A stretch of DNA of 64,000 nucleotides from a virus: the IMG/VR virus record IMGVR_UViG_3300045988_183361. The stretch is one strand, 5' to 3'. This document shows positions 28,056 to 38,533 of the stretch, in pieces. The translations under genes and the position numbers were made by a program. The number at the start of each line of letters is the position of its first letter. Positions within the stretch are counted from its first letter, which is position 1. The notes below the pieces were generated by a model. The model was not told where the DNA came from, searched no databases, and saw only the letters and a program-made list of their open reading frames with translations.

Positions 28056-30977
28056 TTAAGATACTGACTTCTTATTTTTAGGCTTAGTACTATATGCAGC
28101 AGCAATTTTTTTTGTATCAATTTTTGCAAGTGCTGATGAATTCTTCTTAGCTTTGGCAGGAGAAGATGTATGAGAATTAGCTCTTACCTTTTTAATCTTA
28201 GCATCCTGTTCTCTTAACTTAGCTGCTTCCTTTAATGCCTTGTTTGGATCAATAGGAACATAATTAGTATTAGTTACATCAAATACTTCCTTAAGGAATG
28301 TGTTATATATTTCTCCATGTTCCTTATCTGAATAACAAACATATTGACCTGTTATAAATAATTCATCCTTTGCTCTGGTTAAAGAAACAAACAATAATCT
28401 TCTCATTTCCTCAATTTCTTTTTCATGATTAACTTTATTACGGATGCTATGCAAATGCTTGCTATCATACTTTGTAACACTGTTAAATATAACCGGCCAT
28501 TCAAGTCCTTTTGATGAGTGAGCTGTTGTAAGTACAACACCTTCGTAAGTCTGTTCCATTTTCTTGCAGCAATTAGTTCCAAATACTTTAAAATCCTGAA
28601 TATACTCTAACTCAGACTGTAAATCCTCATTTGCATATACCAAATCTAAGAAATATTCATAGATTTCATCTCCTTCATCTCCCTTAAGTGCGTCAAGCAT
28701 ATTATGGAAAATTTGTCTCTGAGACGGAATCGCTATCATATCCATATTCATAAACTGCTGCTTTAGTTTAGAGATTTCATCATTAATATCATTAAATGAT
28801 AAAAGATTTAATATTTCTCCATTATATTTCGCAGCCAGATAATCTAAATAAAGCTTATCTGCTTCAGGCTGATAAAATGCATCAGCTAAAGATAATGCAG
28901 CTTTAACCTTTCCGTTTTCAGCTAATGGCATTGGATTCATCATAACCCAAGGAATATTTGCTTTTGATAATGCGGCCCCAATAGAAACAAGTTCAGCCTT
29001 TGTATATGTAAGCACTGCAATGTCTTCTGGAATATGTTCGTTTAAATCCAACATCTCTTTAATTGTATCTACAATATACTCAATTTCTTCATCTTTGCTA
29101 TAAAAGCCCTTTACTGTTACAGGTGCACCATGATCCTTACATGGATTCATAGCTTTAATAAGTCTTTCCTTATTAAGTGCTTCTATATCAGTTGCAACCT
29201 TAAGTATTTCAGGAGTACTTCTTCTATTAACTGATAAATTAATATCTATACCTTTTATGCCTAACTTATCGAAGAAATGAATCATGTTTTCCGGAGATGT
29301 ATGTCTGAACCCATAAATACTCTGAGAATCATCACCTACAACCATTAAAGACTCAAAACATTTACAATTACATAGCTCCTTTATTGTATCCATCTGAATA
29401 TCATTAGAATCCTGAAACTCATCTACTATAATATGCTTAAAACCTAATCTTTCTAAATAACCCGGATGCGCATTGATAATGTTAAACATCATTGGTTCCT
29501 GATCAGCAAATGTAATAAGTGAATCTTCAAGTAGCTGTTTCTGGTATTCAGAATATAAATCTATTAACTGTGTAACAGCAATACCAGTGCCCATAAATCT
29601 TGAATAACCTTTATCTCTTAAAAGTTCTGTAAGCTGATTATTTGCATCTGGAAGTGTAATATCAACATGTTCAGTTTTAATCAACTCAAAGCATTTTTCA
29701 GCACAAGCTAATGCACCTCTTAAGTTCGGTGTATCTGTCATAAAGTTCAAGTAATCGATTCCGTTAATATGATTATCAGTTAATAATTGAGTAATAATCT
29801 TACGATTTCTTACATCATCAATTACAACAGGAGGATTTGTAAATCCCAATTCCTTATACTCAAATTTAACAATATTATAAGCAAAACTATTAAAAGTCAT
29901 TGCCTGAATATCGTCAGGACTTACAGAAAGTCCATAAGTTAAACACTTACTTGCGATCCTTGTTTTCATTTCTGCTGCACCTGCGTCTGTAAATGTTATA
30001 AATAACATTTCTTCCGGCTTGACACCTTCAACAAACATTTGTGCTCCTCTTTCAGTAACACATTCTGTTTTACCTGCACCGGCTGTAGCAATTACCCTTG
30101 CAATTCCTTTTCTAAAATCAACTATCTGCTGCTGTTCGTCTGATAAAATAATTTTGTCTCTCTTCTTAAGCGTTTTCTTTTCGAAATGTGCAGGAGTTTT
30201 TGTATAATGGCAAAGCATATTATAAGAACATGTTTTACAATCATCTTCTGTACACTGAATATGCCCCTGCTCAGATAAATTAATCTGCTTAATATAATCT
30301 AATTCTTCTCCACAAAGACTATCTTTACCCCATTCAACTTCTTTTTCAAATGAAACAACATTACCGCCGTAGCCTGAAAAGAAATCAGCATCAGTCATAC
30401 TTTTAGAAGTATCTGTGCTTTTTCTTAAGTAATAATAAGATCCTTTAATAATCTTTTTTTCACCTGGTTTAAGTAATGATTTTGCATATAAATATAATGC
30501 ATATATTTCCGGACACTTTAAAACAGATAAATCCTGTTTCTTGCCTGAGACAGTTACCACGGGCTTTGAAGCAAAAAACTTGATTGCTTCAATTTCATTT
30601 TTATTAACAGAAACAGCATCAGGTCTAATATGAATTGCGTAATCCTGACTTACAGGAATATCCTTAGCATCAACTTCAACTTCAAGTTTTCTTTTTTCGC
30701 AAGACGCATATCTTGTAAGAATTTCTGTAAGACGCTTAATTCTTCCTTCATTAGTTTCCGCAGGTAAATTATTCTCTTCAACACCTTCAGACACTAAATC
30801 ATGAAATTCATTAATCTGAAACTCACCTTTTAAATAACCCATAATAATCTGCTTAATAATAATAGCATTATCATAATTGTCATTTTTCTTTGTAGTAACT
30901 TCAATTTCCTTTTTTAAGTTCTTCATAAGACGACAATGATATTTGCCTCTTAACTCTTCTGATTTTAATACTTTCAT
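28056..30977 (-). CDS. UvrD/Rep-family SF1 helicase with N-terminal Cas4/PD-(D/E)xK-like nuclease region
   Basis: Walker A ATAGAGKTE, DEFQDSNDIQ, TAHSSKGLEWPVIF; N-terminal 280 aa with Cys cluster CTEDDCKTCSYNMLC. Confidence 0.7.
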   Translation of the reverse strand: MKVLKSEELRGKYHCRLMKNLKKEIEVTTKKNDNYDNAIIIKQIIMGYLKGEFQINEFHDLVSEGVEENNLPAETNEGRIKRLTEILTRYASCEKRKLEVEVDAKDIPVSQDYAIHIRPDAVSVNKNEIEAIKFFASKPVVTVSGKKQDLSVLKCPEIYALYLYAKSLLKPGEKKIIKGSYYYLRKSTDTSKSMTDADFFSGYGGNVVSFEKEVEWGKDSLCGEELDYIKQINLSEQGHIQCTEDDCKTCSYNMLCHYTKTPAHFEKKTLKKRDKIILSDEQQQIVDFRKGIARVIATAGAGKTECVTERGAQMFVEGVKPEEMLFITFTDAGAAEMKTRIASKCLTYGLSVSPDDIQAMTFNSFAYNIVKFEYKELGFTNPPVVIDDVRNRKIITQLLTDNHINGIDYLNFMTDTPNLRGALACAEKCFELIKTEHVDITLPDANNQLTELLRDKGYSRFMGTGIAVTQLIDLYSEYQKQLLEDSLITFADQEPMMFNIINAHPGYLERLGFKHIIVDEFQDSNDIQMDTIKELCNCKCFESLMVVGDDSQSIYGFRHTSPENMIHFFDKLGIKGIDINLSVNRRSTPEILKVATDIEALNKERLIKAMNPCKDHGAPVTVKGFYSKDEEIEYIVDTIKEMLDLNEHIPEDIAVLTYTKAELVSIGAALSKANIPWVMMNPMPLAENGKVKAALSLADAFYQPEADKLYLDYLAAKYNGEILNLLSFNDINDEISKLKQQFMNMDMIAIPSQRQIFHNMLDALKGDEGDEIYEYFLDLVYANEDLQSELEYIQDFKVFGTNCCKKMEQTYEGVVLTTAHSSKGLEWPVIFNSVTKYDSKHLHSIRNKVNHEKEIEEMRRLLFVSLTRAKDELFITGQYVCYSDKEHGEIYNTFLKEVFDVTNTNYVPIDPNKALKEAAKLREQDAKIKKVRANSHTSSPAKAKKNSSALAKIDTKKIAAAYSTKPKNKKSVS

Positions 30978-31010
30978 AAAATATCTCCTTTATTATTTTG
31001 ATAAAGAAAA

Positions 31011-31025
31011 TATGACAGAAAAAAT
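31011..31025 (-). promoter_or_regulatory. TTTTTTCTGTCATAT box for the helicase-nuclease gene
   Basis: leader near-identical to that of the MTase gene. Confidence 0.5.
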
Positions 31026-31202
31026 ATTCAAGAGTAACAATAATTCCATCTTGGAATTTAATATCAATATTCACAGCGCTTCTTATTTAATTAACTTAGC
31101 TTTAAATTAGTTTCTTTATGCGATATTGCTTTATTTTCAAGGCCTTTATTATAAAAAGGACAGGCTGATTATACTTCAACCTGTCCTTAAAATTATATAT
31201 TT

Positions 31203-32777
31203 TTACTTAGTAGAATTCTTTTCTGACTTAGACACTTTCTCAGGAACATTCTTTACAGTTACCTTAATCTCCGGGTCAACATCTTCTGGAATGCCTGTAA
31301 AGTTCACATTCTTTGTTGTCTTGGCATCATATGTATTAGCCTTCATTACTTCTGTAAGGTCAAAACCAGTTGTTTCCTTAACAGATTCAATTGTCTTTGC
31401 AAGTACTGATGGTACATTACTGCTAAATGAACCTACTCCGGTTTCACCATTACCACTGTCAATAATAGTTACCTTATCAATGGCTTCTAATGGCTTTGCA
31501 ATAGCTCCTGCCATCTCTGGAAGTACTTTGATAATCATTTCAGTCATGGCAGCCTTACCATACTTAGCCATTGCATCTGCTTTCTTCTCCATAGCTTCAG
31601 CTTCAGCTAATCCTTTTGCCTTAATACTTTCAGCATCAGCAACACCTTTTGCCTTAATACTCTCTGCTTCTGCAAAGCCCTGTGCCTTTACTGCTTCAGC
31701 TTCCTGTTCCTTAGCAAATCTGTCTGCTTCTGCCTGTGATTTCTTAGCTTCAGCCTGCTTCTGAATTTCAAACTGCTTTGCTTCTGCTTCCTTCTGTCTC
31801 TGATAAAGTTCTGCATCTGCCTTTTGCTGTGCTGCATACTTTTCAGCTTCGGCCTGCTTACGGATATCAGCATCAAGTGTTTTTTCCTTAACAGTGATTT
31901 CCTTTTCTCTTAATTCAATTTCCTTTTCCTGCTTTGCAATATTAGCATTGGCAGTAGTGATTTCAATTGTCTTTCTCTGTTCCTGCTGCTGGATTTCATA
32001 TGCCGCATCAGCTTCAGCCTTCTTAACATCTGCTGCTCTCTTTAATTCCTGCTTCTTAATCTCAAGTTCATTATTTCTTTCTGCAATAGCTGTCTCAGCT
32101 TCAATTCTTGCATCATTAGCCTGCTTTTCAGCATTAGCCTTTGCAACTGCAATATCTCTTTCTGATTCTGCTCTTGATATCTGTGCTGACTTACTGATAC
32201 TTACAACCCTGTCAATACCAAGGTTTTCAATAACATTACCTTCATCTGTAACATTCTGAACATTAAAGCTTACAATTTCAAGACCCATTCTTTCCATATC
32301 AGGAGCAGCATTCTCCTGTACCTTTTCAGCAAATAACTTTCTGTCCTGTACAATATCCTCAAGCTTCATCTGTCCTATAATTTCACGGACATTACCTTCA
32401 AGTACATCTACAACTGATTCTCTGATATAATCTGAATTTTTATTAAGGAAGTTACTTGCAGCCTTTCCAAGCATTTCAGGTGATGAACCAATCTTAATCT
32501 TTACAGCAGAATCAATATTAACATTAATATACTCATTTGTTGGTACTGATTCCTTTGTCTTTACATCAACAGAAATCATCTTTAAATCAAGCTTATCTAC
32601 TCTCTGTAAAAATGGTATCTTAAGTGATGACCTTCCGATAACATACTTAGGTGTCTTTCTAAGTCCTGATACAATAAGTGCCTTGTCTGTCGGAGCCTTA
32701 ATATAACTTGCAAATAATAATGCAATTAATACTACAACCACCGCTACTACAATTCCAATCGTTACTTCAATTCCCAT
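31203..32777 (-). CDS. flotillin / SPFH (band 7) domain protein with long coiled-coil
   Basis: N-terminal TM, SPFH-like region, extended A/E/K/Q-rich coiled-coil typical of FloT/YuaG. Confidence 0.8.
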   Translation of the reverse strand: MGIEVTIGIVVAVVVVLIALLFASYIKAPTDKALIVSGLRKTPKYVIGRSSLKIPFLQRVDKLDLKMISVDVKTKESVPTNEYINVNIDSAVKIKIGSSPEMLGKAASNFLNKNSDYIRESVVDVLEGNVREIIGQMKLEDIVQDRKLFAEKVQENAAPDMERMGLEIVSFNVQNVTDEGNVIENLGIDRVVSISKSAQISRAESERDIAVAKANAEKQANDARIEAETAIAERNNELEIKKQELKRAADVKKAEADAAYEIQQQEQRKTIEITTANANIAKQEKEIELREKEITVKEKTLDADIRKQAEAEKYAAQQKADAELYQRQKEAEAKQFEIQKQAEAKKSQAEADRFAKEQEAEAVKAQGFAEAESIKAKGVADAESIKAKGLAEAEAMEKKADAMAKYGKAAMTEMIIKVLPEMAGAIAKPLEAIDKVTIIDSGNGETGVGSFSSNVPSVLAKTIESVKETTGFDLTEVMKANTYDAKTTKNVNFTGIPEDVDPEIKVTVKNVPEKVSKSEKNSTK

Positions 32778-32811
32778 AAATTTTATTCCTTTCTTTTAGT
32801 AAAAATAAGCA

Positions 32812-32868
32812 TGAACTACTCACAAACGACATTAGTCGGATGGAGCTTTCTTGCTTGATTGCGATAAA
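32812..32868 (+). repeat. dispersed hairpin repeat, copy 4
   Basis: ATGAACTACTCACAAACGACATTAGTCGGATGGAGCTTTCTTGCTTGATTGCGATAA; in the flotillin leader. Confidence 0.75.
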
Positions 32869-32994
32869 CATCTTTTAAATTATTTTGTTTACGCCAGTCA
32901 TTAGTAATATGACAGATATTTAATTTATTTTTTTTACATAAAAAATGGCTATGTTTTCACATAGCCATTCAGGAGGGAGGTTTAAAATTTATTG

Positions 32995-33420
32995 TCAAGC
33001 ATACAGTGCAAACGTATGCTTATGAGTCAAACTTTTTGCTGCCGCAATATCTCTTTGAATAAATTCTTTGTTAATTCTTTTTTCGTAAGACTTAACAATA
33101 TTCTGGAAATTATGTAAACAGCTTTCAATTGATGACTGCAATTCTGAATATACGCAGTCATTTTTCATGTCAATATTATCAGAATTAATAAAAATACTAA
33201 CAACATTGCAATCTGGTTCAGGCATTCCGTCATCTGTATAATAGCAATCGCTACCCATAAAAAGCACATATTTACCTTCACCAAACACTAATTTTTTATC
33301 CATATAAATGTAAGATTCATCTTCATCTATATAGACCTCTGTTTCTCCAATTGATTCATCAAACATATTATTTTCAAATATATCAATGTCTTCTTCTTTT
33401 ATATCAAATAAATCTAACAT
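32995..33420 (-). CDS. hypothetical protein
   Basis: start moved to ATG 33418-33420 with SD AAAAGGAGGACAT. Confidence 0.5.
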   Translation of the reverse strand: MLDLFDIKEEDIDIFENNMFDESIGETEVYIDEDESYIYMDKKLVFGEGKYVLFMGSDCYYTDDGMPEPDCNVVSIFINSDNIDMKNDCVYSELQSSIESCLHNFQNIVKSYEKRINKEFIQRDIAAAKSLTHKHTFALYA

Positions 33421-33530
33421 ACTGTATGTCCTCCTTTTAAATTGATTTATCTTATATATGACTGAAAAATAAAATAAGATAAACAAAAAATGCATTTCTA
33501 TTTATTAATATAGAAATGCATTTAACACAA

Positions 33531-34469
33531 TTAAATATATTCAATTTTTAATTCTTCAGTTTTGAGCCATGCATTCATGATTTTGTTATATAATTCTTTA
33601 AGTCTCTTTATTTCTTTTTTCGTTAAATGAACAACATTAACTAACATTTTATTTGAAGAACCTGCTAATTTATTCAAGATAACCTGTTTATCTTTAATTA
33701 GATAAACAATTCGTGTACAAGCCAAATTTACTGCACAATCTGGATTTTCCTGAATCAAATCATTGAATGTAAATCTTGAGTTAATGCCATTTTTTTTAAT
33801 TAACCAAACGGCTTCAAGAGTTTCATCAAATTTTACATTTAAAGCTTTCTTATCTGTACTATAAACATAATCCTTTTCTGCAACACAATTATCCGGTATA
33901 TCAATTATAGACGGTTCATATTGCAAACAATCTATTATAGAACCATTTTTATCAAATATATTTAATGGATAATCCTGAATTCCTATTAATTTTAAGTCTT
34001 CAGATGTAAATATATTTTTGATAGGATTGTCAATGGCTTTAGATTTTTCTTCATTAGAATTATTATTTTTAACAGATAACTTTCCTGAAGAATCTATAGA
34101 AACAATACCCCAAGATGATTTATTATCTGCTTCTTCTAATGCGTAGTTTGACTTATCTCCAGGACATAACTCAGCAAGCCAATTTAATGTCTGTCCATAA
34201 TTTAGCCCTGTTTTTAATTGGACCAGTTTAATTACATTCCAACTTTCTCCACAAGCAAAGCAATGGATTCCCTTAAAATGCTTTTTTGAATCCACATATA
34301 TACTTGCTGAACCAAAATGTTTATCATTATGAAACGGACATAAAATTTCTCGTTTATTCCCAGTAACTATATCCGTTCCTGCAGTAGCATTTGAAATTTT
34401 AATATTAAGCTTGTTTATAACATCTAGCATATTAATGCTATCTACAATAGCTTGTCTATCATATCTCAT
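33531..34469 (-). CDS. primase-type CHC2 zinc-finger protein
   Basis: CPFHNDKHFGSASIYVDSKKHFKGIHCFACGESWNVI matches the DnaG CHC2 zinc-finger. Confidence 0.6.
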   Translation of the reverse strand: MRYDRQAIVDSINMLDVINKLNIKISNATAGTDIVTGNKREILCPFHNDKHFGSASIYVDSKKHFKGIHCFACGESWNVIKLVQLKTGLNYGQTLNWLAELCPGDKSNYALEEADNKSSWGIVSIDSSGKLSVKNNNSNEEKSKAIDNPIKNIFTSEDLKLIGIQDYPLNIFDKNGSIIDCLQYEPSIIDIPDNCVAEKDYVYSTDKKALNVKFDETLEAVWLIKKNGINSRFTFNDLIQENPDCAVNLACTRIVYLIKDKQVILNKLAGSSNKMLVNVVHLTKKEIKRLKELYNKIMNAWLKTEELKIEYI

Positions 34470-34738
34470 GCAACTGCCTCCACAACAACTTCATTACCTT
34501 CAATATGCGCATTGCTGCAATATCCGCCAATTGCTTTAAGGGATTCGACAACCAGATCCTTTGTAGCATATAAATGATCTCCAGGAGCTAAATAAAAAAC
34601 ATTTTCTTCACTGTTTATTAATTCAATGCCTTCTGATGAAGAAACATTTTTGCATACATATGGATAATTATCCTCCTTATTTTTGTTAACTTCTACTGCT
34701 AAAGCCTTTCTCCATGGCGTAAAATCGAATTTATTCAT
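34466..34738 (-). CDS. hypothetical protein
   Basis: ORF track; SD AAAGGAGGAAT. Confidence 0.5.
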   Translation of the reverse strand: MNKFDFTPWRKALAVEVNKNKEDNYPYVCKNVSSSEGIELINSEENVFYLAPGDHLYATKDLVVESLKAIGGYCSNAHIEGNEVVVEAVA

Positions 34739-34823
34739 AACAAATTCCTCCTTTAAATTTTTGATATAAAGGATATGACAGAAAAAAAATCATTAATGAA
34801 AGGAGATTCTAAATTCATGATGA

Positions 34824-34860
34824 TATAACAAAAGCAGGAGATGCTTGCTTATCTCCTGCT
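34824..34860 (-). terminator. intrinsic terminator
   Basis: AGCAGGAGATAAGCAAGCATCTCCTGCT hairpin followed by U-run on minus strand. Confidence 0.55.
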
Positions 34861-34885
34861 AAAATATTAATTTCTAAATTATTTT

Positions 34886-34942
34886 ATGAACTATTCACAA
34901 TTGACTATTGTCGAATAGAGTTTTCCTGCTATTCTTCGATAA
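34886..34942 (+). repeat. dispersed hairpin repeat, copy 5
   Basis: ATGAACTATTCACAATTGACTATTGTCGAATAGAG... with stem covariation (TTGAC/GTCGA). Confidence 0.75.
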
Positions 34943-34988
34943 TTGATTTTTCCTTTTTAATTGAATGTTTTATATATGACATAAAATA

Positions 34989-35423
34989 TCATTTAATCAA
35001 AATTCTAATCAAATTAGAATCTGCATCTGCTACAAAATTTTCTATTAAAACTATTTTTATAATGTTGCTTTTGTTATCCACGAATGTATATGTTAATACT
35101 GGATTTTCTAATACTGATTTATCCAGATCATAATATTTAATTAGTAAATTTCTTAACTTATCATAATTCATTATGAATTTATCTTTGTGATCATTTTGAA
35201 TAATATGAACCTTCTTATCTTTAGCATTAAATCTTATTCTGTCTTCCGAAATTGTAAATGCAGAAATTCCATTGTATATATTAAAATTATAACTAAAAAT
35301 ATATTCGTAATTAATTTCTGAAATGAAATTATTGATTATCTGGTTTAATTCATATCTAATTTTTTGTCTTGACACTTGTTTTTGTTTTGTTTTTCTCATA
35401 ATTTTAAACATAAAGTCCTCCAT
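34989..35423 (-). CDS. hypothetical protein
   Basis: ORF track; box at 35450. Confidence 0.5.
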   Translation of the reverse strand: MEDFMFKIMRKTKQKQVSRQKIRYELNQIINNFISEINYEYIFSYNFNIYNGISAFTISEDRIRFNAKDKKVHIIQNDHKDKFIMNYDKLRNLLIKYYDLDKSVLENPVLTYTFVDNKSNIIKIVLIENFVADADSNLIRILIK

Positions 35424-35513
35424 AATTAAAAAATATATTATATTTTTAATATGACAGAGGAAATAAAAAAACTGTCAGGAATCGTCCTGACAGTTTAATT
35501 ATAAAATAATAAA

Positions 35514-38048
35514 CTATAATTCTAATTCGTCATCAAATATTCTATTTTCCTTATGTTCTACTTTAGATAAATTCTTTAAATCTAATTCATCTGCTGCCTT
35601 TACTGTTACTTTTTCTAATTCCTTATTTGCAACAGGATTATCTAATTTTTCAGATTTACCGCAAAATTCATTAGAAATATAATCAAGGTCATACGATGAT
35701 ACTACCTTTGCATTCTCTTTTAGACCTTCTTTTTGAACATCTAGTGGATATAATGAGAACACTGTATCAGCCTCTTTTATATCAGTTGTAAGCTCTCCGC
35801 AGCCTTCGGCATATAAATCAAATAATTGTTTCATATCTGGAATAGCGTTATTTAATATATATCCTAATTCAACTGATGTCTGTTTATTTAAATCATTTGA
35901 AACAACATTCTGCCCTAAATTTAAACTGCCTACATGATCAATCCAATATGTCGCATCGTTTTCTACATCATAAACACATGGAGTTGCCATGGTTGATGCT
36001 GCATTTATTTTAATTGGATGCTCAATCTGTGATATTTCGAACTGTTTTCCAAGGAAAATAACAGATCGTTCATCTTTAGTAAAATCAATAACCTCATCAT
36101 AATCATCATATTCAGCATCATGATCCCTATGACATGCTTTTCTTGTATCCATATACTCACCTAAAGAACCCTCTTTTTCCATTTCAATAAATTTAAGTCC
36201 TTCAGCTTTATTAAATGGCACTGAGAATCCATGAATTTCTACAACAGCATATTTAATACCGGCATCTTTCATAGCTTTTTTATCTAATAAAACCATTTCA
36301 GTAGCACCATTTGGGGCATCTGTGTAATCGCCACTATGTACACCAAATTTTCCGGATTTTAAATTATAATAATACAGGGTATCAACTGTTATGTTTTTAT
36401 CATTATAAAACTTAACACTTAAATCAATGTCCCCTCTTACTTCATGTCCATTATTATCCTTATAATTTTTCCAGTATATTCCATAAGCTAATAAGTTTTT
36501 ATTCTGATCACCTGATAATCTACTATATGGAGGAATAATATTACCTGCAGAACAATCTCTCATATCTCTTAAAGGAATTTTAATATCTTCTAATTTAGGG
36601 TCAATATATACTTTACCCAACTGTTTTGTATCTGAAATGTTATGAACAATAGTCTGTCTAATAATATTTCTTATATTATTCATTTGAGCATCTGAAAGAT
36701 GTAACGGTTTATTGTCTGAAACTAATAATTTTCCATTTTTATTCTTATAAATTCTATTCTCATGTTCTTTATTTCTTAATTCAAACGAATTATACATAGT
36801 AAGCATTGACTGCACAGGAACATTACAATACATAATTTTGTTTGCAATTGAAGTTAAAGCTAAACCATTGCCTTCTTTTGCTGCTTCATCAACATACTGA
36901 ATATAATGCTGAACAAAATACCCAGGGAAATTATCCGCAAGCTTATTAAATTTTTGTACATTTTCAAATGATGAAACTTTAATAAGATTATCTATCGCTT
37001 TTTCAAACTGTCTTGGGACTGGAATAATATCCTTACCATTTTCATCCTTTTTTATTTTATTAGCAAGATTATCAAATGCCTTTACTACTCTTTCAGGACC
37101 AGTATGTGAATCAATTCTATTCATTAATCTCTTATATAATCCTTCATCCTTCCAGATATCATAGTAAAGATTTGGACAGTTATTTAACATATCCTTTATT
37201 AACCTTTTGTCTGAATTGGTTAACTTATATTTAACTTTGCCGTTCTTATTTGAAACTGTTTTCTTAGTATTTAATGATATATCATTAACTTTGTTTCCAA
37301 AATTCTGATTTGAAAGTTCTGCTGCAAATCTTAATACATCTTTAGAATCCTTTATCATATTAACTGCTGAATTTCTTGCACCCAGTTTATATAATAGACT
37401 AGCTGTTTTAACTAAATTTTCTTTACTCTGATAAGGTATCTCGGTTGAAACAATTTGGTCAATTTTAAATGGATATTCACGAAAATATGTTTCAACATCT
37501 TTCAAGTTTTCTTCATTCATACCTTTTGGCGCATGAATTCTGTTTATCATTAATTCATCTAATTCTTTTATATTTGTATTATTAATTACCTTTAATTTGT
37601 CAGGGAAGTTTTCCAATAATGGGAGCCTGTCAACTTTTTCCTCAGTTACAGAATCTCTTATCATTTGTGCTATCGTTTTACATCTTTCATCATCTGTCTG
37701 GGAAAATGTATAATATAATAACGAATTAATATATAATGCTTCCTCAGATTTATCCATGACTTCTTCCGGGAAATTAGGATAGAATAACTCAACAGAATTA
37801 AATTCATCAATCCCTTTATATTCTTTAATAATATCTGTCAAATCATTATATACCTCACATATTTCCTGTGCAGGCAATTTAGCTAATGCAGATATAGCAT
37901 CCGTGCTTAATGTATAACCATAACTTTCCAAATTTCTATTGACTGATAAAGCCATATTAATGTTTTCATATTCAATATCAATGGGATTTTGTGGGATTGA
38001 AAACTTAGATAGATTGTTAAATAAAATAGAATTAATAGATTTGTTCAT
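35514..38048 (-). CDS. large hypothetical protein with C-terminal TerD-like domain
   Basis: RGDIDLSVKFYNDKN...GVHSGDYTDAPNGATEMVLLD resembles the TerD Ca-binding domain; N-terminal 500 aa unassigned. Confidence 0.45.
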   Translation of the reverse strand: MNKSINSILFNNLSKFSIPQNPIDIEYENINMALSVNRNLESYGYTLSTDAISALAKLPAQEICEVYNDLTDIIKEYKGIDEFNSVELFYPNFPEEVMDKSEEALYINSLLYYTFSQTDDERCKTIAQMIRDSVTEEKVDRLPLLENFPDKLKVINNTNIKELDELMINRIHAPKGMNEENLKDVETYFREYPFKIDQIVSTEIPYQSKENLVKTASLLYKLGARNSAVNMIKDSKDVLRFAAELSNQNFGNKVNDISLNTKKTVSNKNGKVKYKLTNSDKRLIKDMLNNCPNLYYDIWKDEGLYKRLMNRIDSHTGPERVVKAFDNLANKIKKDENGKDIIPVPRQFEKAIDNLIKVSSFENVQKFNKLADNFPGYFVQHYIQYVDEAAKEGNGLALTSIANKIMYCNVPVQSMLTMYNSFELRNKEHENRIYKNKNGKLLVSDNKPLHLSDAQMNNIRNIIRQTIVHNISDTKQLGKVYIDPKLEDIKIPLRDMRDCSAGNIIPPYSRLSGDQNKNLLAYGIYWKNYKDNNGHEVRGDIDLSVKFYNDKNITVDTLYYYNLKSGKFGVHSGDYTDAPNGATEMVLLDKKAMKDAGIKYAVVEIHGFSVPFNKAEGLKFIEMEKEGSLGEYMDTRKACHRDHDAEYDDYDEVIDFTKDERSVIFLGKQFEISQIEHPIKINAASTMATPCVYDVENDATYWIDHVGSLNLGQNVVSNDLNKQTSVELGYILNNAIPDMKQLFDLYAEGCGELTTDIKEADTVFSLYPLDVQKEGLKENAKVVSSYDLDYISNEFCGKSEKLDNPVANKELEKVTVKAADELDLKNLSKVEHKENRIFDDELEL

Positions 38049-38188
38049 AATATAACCTCCAAAAAAATAAACACAATAGTTCTTACAAAAAAAGTCTTAA
38101 TATCATAGTTTATTTACTATGACATTAAGACTCAAATAATATAATAATCAGCGTTAAACAAAAAAAATAATTTTTCATAATTTAGAAT

Positions 38189-38454
38189 AAAAGTAGGATG
38201 TTTAGCATAAATATTATTATATATTTTTTTATATTTTAATACATCAGCATATAGCAAAAGGATTTATGATTATAACAAGTTTATTCTTTATTTAATCCCG
38301 CAGGATATCTCAAAAGAAAACCTGATATAATCATACTTACTATTTGAGTATTAAAAAGTAGGATGCTATATATATTATGCCTTAAAATATAAATCTGAGT
38401 CAGCTTACAACAAATATAATAACCAAATTGTTTTTTATTTTAAAAAGTAGGATG
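38189..38454 (+). repeat. three direct copies of AAAAGTAGGATG(T/C)T in the leader region of the 844-aa gene
   Basis: copies at 38189, 38354, 38443, each followed by an AT-rich TA-n-ATA tract. Confidence 0.4.
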
Positions 38455-38533
38455 TTGTAAATAATACTCAAAATACTCCATTAATTTGAAAGCATATATA
38501 ATATGACAGAAATAAAAAATAATATGATGATTT

